64,000 nucleotides of DNA from Candidatus Versatilivorator sp. GTDB taxonomy: Bacteria > Acidobacteriota > Terriglobia > Versatilivoradales > Versatilivoraceae. The position numbers and the translations under genes are program-made. Below the pieces are notes generated by a model that ran no database searches, was not told where the DNA came from, and worked only from the letters and a program-made list of their open reading frames with translations. The DNA is taken from the NCBI GenBank assembly GCA_965262635.1, contig OZ253547.1, positions 3,445,514-3,509,513 of the forward strand, written 5' to 3'. Shown here one piece after another: positions 1 to 7,762 of the stretch. Each line of letters opens with the position of its first letter. Position 1 is the first letter of the stretch.

Positions 1-181
1 ACATCCTTGTGATTGGTCAGGAACACCGTAAGAAACCGTCGATCGATCAAAAATCTCATTGGATGGCTCTCGTAATCCAGACCCCGAAATCCTGCCTGAA
101 TTATCTATAGGAGGGGGGTTTTGTCAAGAGTCCCTAAATGTTTGACAGTGCTGAGGAGGTTCCATTATGTTAGCTGAAATC

Positions 182-258
182 GGGCGCGTAGCTCAGTTGG
201 TACGAGCGCTACCTTGACACGGTAGAGGTCATCGGTTCGATCCCGGTCGCGCCCACCA
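182..258 (+). tRNA. tRNA-Val (anticodon GAC), CCA encoded
   Basis: Cloverleaf read by hand: acceptor GGGCGCG/CGCGCCC, D-arm GCTC-AGTTGGTA-GAGC, anticodon stem CTACC/GGTAG with loop TTGACAC (anticodon GAC), T-arm ATCGG-TTCGATC-CCGGT, discriminator A, CCA. Confidence 0.9.
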
Positions 259-477
259 CCGCCACATGCAAAGAAGTCAAGAAAGTCCATTAATCACCTT
301 ATTATCAGATACTTATAATTCCGAATAGTATTGTCTCATGTAATGGTCTGAACCGTTACCGGAGCTGCTATTGGGGCATTCTGTGCCGTCCTGGCAAGAG
401 ATTTGGTGGAATCGCTGCTGTATCATGTGAATGGTATAGACTTCTATGAGGTGACGTCTGGCCAAAGTACAAAGAGC

Positions 478-1275
478 TTAAGTCGCTTGAGCAACGAAGA
501 AACAGTAATCGCCCAGACCGCGATCTGCGCTAGCGCGAACTTCCCACCAAAGGCCCGAGTCCAGGTCTGCCCGCAGTTTTACGAGACCCTCTTCAATCTC
601 CGGGCCCCTGTGTTCCCTGAAGACCGAGATGCCGTTGCGGAATCCCGGATCGAAGTAAAGTTCCGGGCGGTCCTTGCCAGCATAAAGAAACAGATCCGAG
701 AGATCAGACGGCACGTCCCACGTTTCGAAGCCGACAAGGCAAAAGCCCGCGGCGGACAAGGCATGGTCCACTGTTTCTCGGGTGGGGAACACACGCCTTG
801 CGGCTGCCATCATGGCAGGGAAGTATGACGCCAACCAATAGGCTTCGCCCTGCTCTGGCAGTGCAGAAAAGATGACGTAGCGGCCTCGTTCGGCGAGCGC
901 GCGCCGGACATCGGCAAAGACCCGCTCCAGGTCAGCCATGTGGTGTATCGCAAGAGTGGTGACGGCGTGAGCATAGGAACTGTCGGCGAATGGCAGCGCC
1001 GCACCGTCGGCGAGCACCAGGGGGCAGGCCACTTTCTTGGCTCGGGCTTGGGCGAGCATGCCCCAGGACAGATCCACTCCGACCATGACCAGTCCACGGT
1101 CCGAAAGGGCAGATGTGTAGTTGGCAGTGCCGCAGGCTACGTCCAGTACGGGTGCACCGCGAGACGCATCCAGCAACTCGACGAGGCGGTCGGCGATGCC
1201 CGGGTCGGCACGGCGCGTTGCGTCGTAGGTAGTGCCGATGAAGTCATATCTTGCAGTCATCTGAGCTTTTTGCAA
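478..1275 (-). CDS. class I SAM-dependent methyltransferase (Methyltransf_11-like)
   Basis: 265-aa ORF with SAM-binding motif VLDVACGTANYT and acidic loop VGVDLS, typical of small-molecule/rRNA MTases. Confidence 0.75.
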   Translation of the reverse strand: MQKAQMTARYDFIGTTYDATRRADPGIADRLVELLDASRGAPVLDVACGTANYTSALSDRGLVMVGVDLSWGMLAQARAKKVACPLVLADGAALPFADSSYAHAVTTLAIHHMADLERVFADVRRALAERGRYVIFSALPEQGEAYWLASYFPAMMAAARRVFPTRETVDHALSAAGFCLVGFETWDVPSDLSDLFLYAGKDRPELYFDPGFRNGISVFREHRGPEIEEGLVKLRADLDSGLWWEVRASADRGLGDYCFFVAQAT

Positions 1276-1364
1276 AATTCACAACGGGGCAGGTCATTTT
1301 GCCGGCAAACGTGATGTTCTGCCTTTTTCAATATCGGGTGCGACCTGGTGAGAAATGCGGGTTC

Positions 1365-1539
1365 ACCACAAAAAGCACAAAAGTCACAAAGCGAATTTTT
1401 CGTAACCCTTCTCGAGATGCCGGTTGCGAAGAAATCCATGCAGGTCGAAGGTGGTCTGCCGGATCTGATCACACAAAGCCCGCATGCCTTGGTCGTTTCT
1501 CATCGTTCCGCTCTTTTTGTGTTTTTGTGCCTTTTGTGG
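1365..1539. repeat. MITE-like element: 26-bp inverted repeats CCACAAAAAGCACAAAAGTCACAAAG (1365-1390) and reverse complement (1513-1539) around a 122-bp spacer
   Basis: Seen directly in sequence; a second related copy lies at 3462-3583. Confidence 0.6.
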
Positions 1540-1623
1540 CCATTCCCGGCAAAGATCCCGCTGCCGCATTTTGCAAAAGGCTCATCTCTTTCTCTATCTT
1601 GGCGCCATCGGAGAATCTCAAGT

Positions 1624-2253
1624 GTAGAAGTTGGTAGAGAGAAAGAACTCCCGACCAAGAGAGATTTGGGAAAGTGGTACGGCTGGCTCGAGAGCTATGA
1701 ATCTGTGAAGACATACATCGAGAACCACCCTGAACTTGAACGGGAAGCCGTAAGGATTATCAAGTCCCAGTGCCCTGTCTACGATGACATCCCGTCATAC
1801 CCATACGGAAGATTCTCTGCTCCTACCCCGAAACAAGGCAAGCCCCAAGAATGGCATTGCACGTGGAGGCTCTTGCGAAGGGACCGCCACTTCCCCCTGA
1901 CTTGTGGGTTTACTCTTATTGGAGGGGGAGCACCTGGGGAAAGCTGGCACAGGATAGAGCCCACTGTCGAGAAAGCGATTAAGGACTACAAGAAGAAGCT
2001 CAAACTAGCAGAGGGCCAGCACCCCGAGTTGCCGTGTGTTCCTCTAATCCTTTTCGTAGACGGTCGGACGGTTGGTCACAATTTGGATAAAGACGATCTG
2101 GACTTCGCATTTGCACGGGGAGTGTGGAAGGGCGGGCCCTCCAAGAACTATCCTAAGATACCGCTGGGAGTGGTCGTGTTAGGAACTCCTATGCGTGGTT
2201 GGAGCCAAAGTGGTAGGGATATGGTCGGGGACTTCATCCACAACCCCTATTGA
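1624..2253 (+). CDS. hypothetical protein (low-GC, start codon unresolved)
   Basis: Long open frame ending at 2253, GC about 50% against ~63% background. The N-terminal part of the predicted ORF is repeat-derived and no ATG is in frame; candidate TTG/GTG starts lie near 1657-1700. Confidence 0.35.
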   Translation, partial: VEVGREKELPTKRDLGKWYGWLESYESVKTYIENHPELEREAVRIIKSQCPVYDDIPSYPYGRFSAPTPKQGKPQEWHCTWRLLRRDRHFPLTCGFTLIGGGAPGESWHRIEPTVEKAIKDYKKKLKLAEGQHPELPCVPLILFVDGRTVGHNLDKDDLDFAFARGVWKGGPSKNYPKIPLGVVVLGTPMRGWSQSGRDMVGDFIHNPY

Positions 2254-2819
2254 GAGGACTAGTTTTCCTCCTGTTATCAACCCTCTGTTACGAACCCACA
2301 GGCTTCGGGATTGGAGCGTCGTGAATACTCTCCAGCAGGTTGAAAAGGGACCTGAGTAGCAATGAGCTAGTCAGTGTGCCGGAGGGCATCTTCTCCGGCC
2401 TCTCCTCCCTGGAATATCTCGTGCTCAATAACAACCCAGCATCTCCCCTACCTATCAACGTATCGTTGGAATGGGTTGATTCTGGGCGATTCCAGGCCAG
2501 AGTGCCTACTGGTGCGCCCTTTGGGATCCGTCTTCCGATAACTGTAATTACCGGATTTTCTCCGGAAAAAGGGGAGGATGTCGAGGTTTTGACGTTTCTC
2601 TCGGGAGCCGTGGATCTGCCCCCCTTACACTTCTCTATCGGACCCGATCGACTCCGAGATCCCGGCAGATCTTTCGAGCCAGAACGTCGTCGATTTCCCG
2701 GTGGCGCGGAATGGCAGAACGCCGATCACCGCGATCATTTCGCCACCACGAGTGTCGGCCCCCTTCACGGATCAGTTAGCAGCCCTGCCCTCGAAGGTGT
2801 CTCAATAGGTCAATCCGCT

Positions 2820-3029
2820 TCATGCAACAACGACCTTCTCCTCAAAGTAGTCGTCTCCCGCAGCGGCCAAGGCGTCCTGACGGTTGAGTTCAAGTGCTTC
2901 GGAGAGCGTTTCGGCAAGGCTTTGCGTCAACTCCTCATGCGTGCGTTCCTGGCAATTCACGCCGGGGACTTCCTCAATCCAGCCGATCCACCACTTACCG
3001 CGATGCTTCACGATGGCCGTGTATTCCAT
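2820..3029 (-). CDS. hicB: HicB-family antitoxin (UPF0150), apparently orphan
   Basis: 70 aa from internal ATG (rc of 3027-3029): MEYTAIVKHRGKWWIGWIEEVPGVNCQERTHEELTQSLAETLSEALELNRQ... matches the HicB N-terminal fold signature. No intact hicA upstream. Confidence 0.7.
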   Translation of the reverse strand: MEYTAIVKHRGKWWIGWIEEVPGVNCQERTHEELTQSLAETLSEALELNRQDALAAAGDDYFEEKVVVA

Positions 3030-3461
3030 ATTCGCTCCTTCTTTCCCTTTTCCTGCTCGTCCGGGCCAAGACCGACCCGGGCAGGGGTTCCCAGCGACAC
3101 TACGGGCAATGTGGTGAAGATGCCGTTCGCCACATCCATTTCTATGGCGACTCCGGTGAACTTCTGCTGACCTCACGGAGCCGTGCAGCGGGCGTACCCG
3201 GTGAAGTCCGCAGTGAGGCTGTCGCCACACATCTCGTGGATGAACTTGGCATCCTGTCCATTGGCCGGCAGAGCAAGAGTGAACGGCGCGTCGCCCAAGG
3301 CGACTCTTTGGCATCGGAATGTTTCAGTCCAATTCGTTACGAGCCTTTTGCAAAATTCGGAGTCACGCGATCCTTATTCAGATCGAGCGTTTTTTCTCCC
3401 GAGTCCGTCAACGATCAGGTGACACTGAACCCGTTTGCCGTCTGAAACTCAATGGCCACAA

Positions 3462-3583
3462 AAGGCACAACAACACAAAAAGAACCATCCGATCGGCAAG
3501 ACTCGAAATCAAGAAACTCGTTTTGTGACTTTTGTGCTTTTTGTGGTTTCTGTTGCCTCTTGTGCTTTTTGTGGCGAATGCCG
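3462..3583. repeat. Second copy of the CACAAAAAG-type inverted-repeat element (3462-3490 plus strand; 3529-3554 and 3566-3583 reverse complement)
   Basis: Shares terminal motif GAATGGCCACAAAAGGCACAA with the element at 1365-1539. Confidence 0.6.
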
Positions 3584-3743
3584 GAGCCTGCAGCACATCA
3601 CCTTTGCCGCCTCAATCTCATGCCCGATTCCGAATTTTGAAAAACGCTCCGTTACCAATTTAATCCATGTACCAATGCGGAGGGAAGAGATGAATCTCTT
3701 TACTTCAAGAGGATTTTTCCCGTTGCTTTGCCTCTGTATCGGT

Positions 3744-4040
3744 TCACACTGACGGTTGCGGCTGGTATCGCTCGACGTTGATCCGGTCTTCATCCTTGCG
3801 CGCCCGGACGAGATCCCAAGTGGTCTGTCGGCACAGCCAAAACTCGGCATTGGACCAACCCGCCTTCTCAAGCCGAATGGCCATCTCCGGGGAGATGGCC
3901 GCGTGGCCGTTCAGAACCCGCGAGAGGGTGTGACGGGCGACACCCAGCACCTTCGCCGCTTCGGTCACGTTTAAACCGAGCGGGTCCAGGCAGTTCTCGC
4001 GGATACTGCGTCCGGGATGCGGGGGATTGCTCATCGTCAT
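3744..4040 (-). CDS. higA: HigA-family antitoxin (XRE HTH)
   Basis: 98 aa; [65 protein letters not shown] matches the HigA/VapI HTH core. It lies 14 nt downstream of the higB remnant. Confidence 0.8.
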   Translation of the reverse strand: MTMSNPPHPGRSIRENCLDPLGLNVTEAAKVLGVARHTLSRVLNGHAAISPEMAIRLEKAGWSNAEFWLCRQTTWDLVRARKDEDRINVERYQPQPSV

Positions 4041-4057
4041 GTTGCTGCCTCCTGCTA

Positions 4058-4332
4058 GTGGTAGTCGATCAGGTCGACGTCGTAGGCATCGCCATCTTCG
4101 AAGCGGAAGATCACCCGCCAGTTGCCGGAAATTGAAATGCTCCAGTACCCCTTCAGTCCGCCCTTCAGCGGGTGAAGCCGGTAGCCGGGCAGGTCGAGGT
4201 CCGAGGGCTTGCGGGCATCGTCAAGGTCCGCCAAGGCGAGCGCGACACGATCCGCCAAGGCGGGACCCACTCGCTCGGATCGCCGCGCTCGTACATGCGC
4301 TTCAGGCCTCGATGACGAAACCTTCAGACCAT
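4058..4332 (-). pseudogene. higB: higB toxin (RelE/ParE superfamily) pseudogene: TGA at codon 3 plus frameshift
   Basis: The C-terminal 60 aa ([48 protein letters not shown]) are canonical HigB. The N-terminus MV*RFRHRGLKRMYERGDPSE reads in a different frame and carries an in-frame TGA. The frames switch around 4270-4280. Confidence 0.6.
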
Positions 4333-4845
4333 GAGGCAATGTACCGCATACCGGTACACATGTCAATTGGGGGATCTCGTCGGACCGCAGCACGAGTCTT
4401 TGCCGTCTTTGTCTCAGCCTCCATACCGCCCGCCGACATCTTTCCCCACGCGCCGGTAAGCAACCGCTGGGCGCCACCGAGGGAGTGGTTCCAGCGGAGA
4501 CCCGGCGCATGGACCTGTACACCTTCGAGCCGACGTTCGTCATCCAGATCAAGGGACAGGGGTTGCTGGCGGACCTCACCGGCGAGATCACCGTGTTCGT
4601 CTTCGAGGACAACGAGGAGGAGCTCGAGGGTGATTCACTGGATGCACCGCTGTGTTTCAGCGGCCCGACTGCCGGTGGTCTGCAACCCGGCTCAGTTCAA
4701 TCCAGGTAATGTCCCGCTCCGAGCAGGACGGGGACCCCGAAGGCCAGGACCCTTTTGACGAACGTCACCTTGCGTTCCCACCGGGAGTTGGCGAAATTCT
4801 GGGTCGAGTAGTATTTAGGGACTCTTTAGTGAGGACGGTCGCGCC

Positions 4846-4860
4846 CACCACGTCCTGCCC
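4846..4860 (+). repeat. 15-bp direct repeat of the tRNA-Val 3' end (CGGTCGCGCCCACCA): putative attR of a tRNA-integrated islet
   Basis: Exact match to 244-258; chance expectation is about 1e-4 in this window. Confidence 0.65.
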
Positions 4861-5057
4861 ATTTCCGCCAATTCCCGGCACCTGTTGACAGGCTGGTTCG
4901 AGAACGGTCTCCGCACAGTTGGGAGACTCCCCTCGCAGCCGATTTCCGCACAGCGCCCCGGCCTCGGGCTGCACACACGCCTCCATCTCCAATGGATGAC
5001 AAACCTGAGAACGGCTATAATCTTCTGGTGTAGTCCCAGCCATGGAAGAGCACCACC

Positions 5058-6419
5058 ATGAAACAGAAACTGGCCATTCTGGGCGGCGATCCTGCCATGC
5101 CGGAGGGGATCGAACGGGCCCGTTGGCCGCGCTACAGTCAACCGGAACTCGATGAGCTATGCCGGGTCCTGAGAGAGGAGCAACTCGGCGGATGCGACGC
5201 GCCCCAGATTGCCGCACTGGAGCGGGAGTGGGCCCGGCGCATGGGCGCCCCCTACTGTTGTGCCGTCGGTTCCGGCTCCGATGCTCTGCACATGGCCCTG
5301 TGGGCTGCCGCCGTCGGTCCCGGCGATGAGGTCCTGGTGCCGGCCTATACCTTCCTCTCGGGGGCGCTCACCGTTCTCCAGCAAGGGGCGGTGCCCGTGT
5401 TCGTGGATGTTCAGCCCGACTCCTGCAACATGGACCCCGCCCAGATCGAGAGGCACATCACCTCCAGAACCAAAGCCATCCTGCCGGTCCACCTGTCGGG
5501 GCTTCCTGCCGATATGGACGAGATCAACGCCGTCGCCCGCCAACACGGCCTGGCCGTTATTGAGGACGCGGCCCACGCTCCCGGGGCAACCTACAAGGGC
5601 CGGATGGTCGGAAACCTGGGAGATGCCGCCGCATTCAGCATCAACGCCATGAAGAATCTCCCCGCGGGCGAAGCCGGAATTTTCAGCACCCGCCACCGGC
5701 ACTTTATCGAGCGGGTGGACGGCCTTTGGCTGCGGGTCCGTTTTCACCAGGCTCGGGAGGAGCAAAAGTACCCGTTGGCGACCCTGGGCCACAACTATCG
5801 CTGCAGTGTGGTCTCGGCTGCCCTGGCCCGAGGCCAGTTGGCGCGGCTCGACGACCTGAACGGCGAAAGGCAATCCCTGTGCGAACGCCTGACGCAACAG
5901 ATCCAAGAATTGCCGGGGGTGATCCCGCCGCGTGTTCCTCCCGACCGGAGCCACGTCTACCACCTTTATCGAGTGCGCTTCGACCCTCTGGCAGCCGGTC
6001 TGGACCTGACCCCTTCCGAGTTTCGCGCCAAGGTGGTGGCAGCCCTGGGAGCGGAGGGAGTGCTCTGCCGCTCCTGGATGAACTGGACCATTCCCTCGTT
6101 GCCCCTCTTTACCCGTCCGGAGGAGTTTGAGGCCAACCATCCCTGGCGGCGTCCCTGGTCCGCCGATCGTGTCTACGACCCCCGGGACTACCCGGAGGCC
6201 AGCCGGGTGGTGACGGAGACGTCGCTGGTCATGGAAGCGCCCACCGCGGCCAACCGGCAGATCATCGATTTCATGGCCGAAGGGTTTCGCAAGGTCTTCT
6301 CCCAGATCGACGAGGTAGCCAAGCTGCAACTGCCGGGCCAACTGCTGGACGGCGGGGCGGCCAACCTCGACGAGATCCGGCGCTGGTTGGGCCCTGCCCT
6401 GCCGGTGCAGCACACCTAA
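5058..6419 (+). CDS. DegT/DnrJ/EryC1/StrS-family PLP-dependent sugar aminotransferase
   Basis: 453 aa; family-typical N-terminal region and PLP-lysine region (AFSINAMKNL). Confidence 0.85.
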   Translation: MKQKLAILGGDPAMPEGIERARWPRYSQPELDELCRVLREEQLGGCDAPQIAALEREWARRMGAPYCCAVGSGSDALHMALWAAAVGPGDEVLVPAYTFLSGALTVLQQGAVPVFVDVQPDSCNMDPAQIERHITSRTKAILPVHLSGLPADMDEINAVARQHGLAVIEDAAHAPGATYKGRMVGNLGDAAAFSINAMKNLPAGEAGIFSTRHRHFIERVDGLWLRVRFHQAREEQKYPLATLGHNYRCSVVSAALARGQLARLDDLNGERQSLCERLTQQIQELPGVIPPRVPPDRSHVYHLYRVRFDPLAAGLDLTPSEFRAKVVAALGAEGVLCRSWMNWTIPSLPLFTRPEEFEANHPWRRPWSADRVYDPRDYPEASRVVTETSLVMEAPTAANRQIIDFMAEGFRKVFSQIDEVAKLQLPGQLLDGGAANLDEIRRWLGPALPVQHT

Positions 6420-6433
6420 GGGCCATAGCATCC

Positions 6434-7555
6434 GTGGCGGAATCTCTGCGAGTCGGAATCATCGGAACCGGTCGGGCCGGCCGTTGCCAGGCCAGAGCCT
6501 TTTCACGCCTCTCCGGCGTCAGCGTGACCGCACTCTGGAACCGCACCCGCAGCAAGGCCGAGAGTTTGGCGGCGGCGCTGAAATCCCCGGGATTGCAAGT
6601 ATTCGACGACTGGCGCCGTCTGATCGACAAGAGCCCGGTCGACATCGTCAGCATCGCCACCGATCCTGTTCTCCGTCTGGAGCCCTTTGCCTACGCCCTC
6701 GCCAAACGGCGCCACGTTCTGGTGGAAAAGCCGCTTGCCTGGGGTTTGGTGGAAGCCGAGGCCATGGCGAAGGCCGCCCACCAGTCGGAGACGGTCACGG
6801 CCATCAGCTTCAACTGGCGCTATTCTCCGGCCTGTCTCACCCTGTGGCGCGCCCTCCGGGAGGGCCAGATCGGCAAACTGCTCGACCTCCAGACCGAGTG
6901 GCGACTCTGCTTCAGCCCCGGCCCAAGGCCCTGGACGGCCAACAGCGGCGTGCTCCGGGAGATGGGCAGCCACGAATTCGATCGGGCCTGCCACCTCACC
7001 GGCTGGCGATTCCGGCGCTTGGCCTGCAGGCTGAGGTCGGCCCCCTGCTCTCAGGATACGGCTCAATCCGGGCGGAAGGCGCCGGAGACTTTTGCTTCGG
7101 TGCTGGCGGAGATGTCGGATCGGGCCGTAGGCAACTTTCGCTTGGTGATCACGCCGGGTGAGCCGGAACGAAGTATCGTCCTCGGCGGGGTGGAGGGGAC
7201 GCTGACCTTGACTAGCCAATGGGTCACTGTGTCACGGGACCAGGACAGCCAACGCCGGATGAGGCTGTGCAACGAGCTGCAGGTGGTCAGGCAACGGCCC
7301 CAGGATAAAGATCCGGTCGTTCTGCAAGTGGCCGACTCGGACCGCCAACCTGCCGGGGTTCTTTCGGGGCAGCATACCTGGAACCGGCTGATTGCCGATT
7401 TCGTATCGGCCGTCCGCAATCAAGACCGGCGACACGCCAGCGTGCCTCACCTGCCCCATATCTCAGACGGCCTGGCGGCGCAGCGTTTGATCCAGGCCTG
7501 TGAGCTCTCCCACGCCGAAGGGCGGTGGATCGACCTGACCCCTCCAGGGCATTGA
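6434..7555 (+). CDS. Gfo/Idh/MocA-family NAD(P)-dependent oxidoreductase
   Basis: 373 aa; N-terminal Rossmann motif VGIIGTGRAG and EKP motif (HVLVEKPLA). Confidence 0.85.
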   Translation: MAESLRVGIIGTGRAGRCQARAFSRLSGVSVTALWNRTRSKAESLAAALKSPGLQVFDDWRRLIDKSPVDIVSIATDPVLRLEPFAYALAKRRHVLVEKPLAWGLVEAEAMAKAAHQSETVTAISFNWRYSPACLTLWRALREGQIGKLLDLQTEWRLCFSPGPRPWTANSGVLREMGSHEFDRACHLTGWRFRRLACRLRSAPCSQDTAQSGRKAPETFASVLAEMSDRAVGNFRLVITPGEPERSIVLGGVEGTLTLTSQWVTVSRDQDSQRRMRLCNELQVVRQRPQDKDPVVLQVADSDRQPAGVLSGQHTWNRLIADFVSAVRNQDRRHASVPHLPHISDGLAAQRLIQACELSHAEGRWIDLTPPGH

Positions 7556-7762
7556 CCTGACTGTGCCCGCGGGTAAGAACCCCGGAGGAGATCACCCGGG
7601 CAATCATTGCAAGCGGGCTGCTGGGCTCGTACGGCCACCGATGGGTCCGGTGCGGCCACCGTGGATCGCCAGCGGGATAGAGTGAGTTCCGGGGGCGGGT
7701 TTTGTTTGGATGCTTCCGGGCAGGTCTGCCCAACCTGAGACACCTGCATCTTATCGCACCCT

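Noticed and set aside
2340-3170. 276-aa ORF with leucine-rich-repeat-like N-terminus (LSSNELVSVPEGIFSGLSSLEYLVLNNN)
   Set aside because: Only about one LRR unit is recognisable and the rest is low complexity. It overlaps the convincing hicB on the opposite strand, so it is probably a decayed fragment and is not annotated as a gene.
3030-3320. Search for a hicA toxin upstream of hicB
   Set aside because: All three minus-strand frames were translated by eye. A weak HicA-like string (…GIFTTLPVVSLGTPARVGL…) in one frame is too degenerate to call.
5157-6431. Long antisense ORFs inside confirmed genes (e.g. 5157-6431 minus, 7817-9289 minus, 16971-18320 minus, 43346-45274 minus, 46302-47207 minus, 56555-59053 minus, 29007-30533 plus)
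   Set aside because: These are typical high-GC antisense open frames. The products are low-complexity (Gly/Arg/Pro-rich) with no family resemblance, while the sense-strand genes are well supported.
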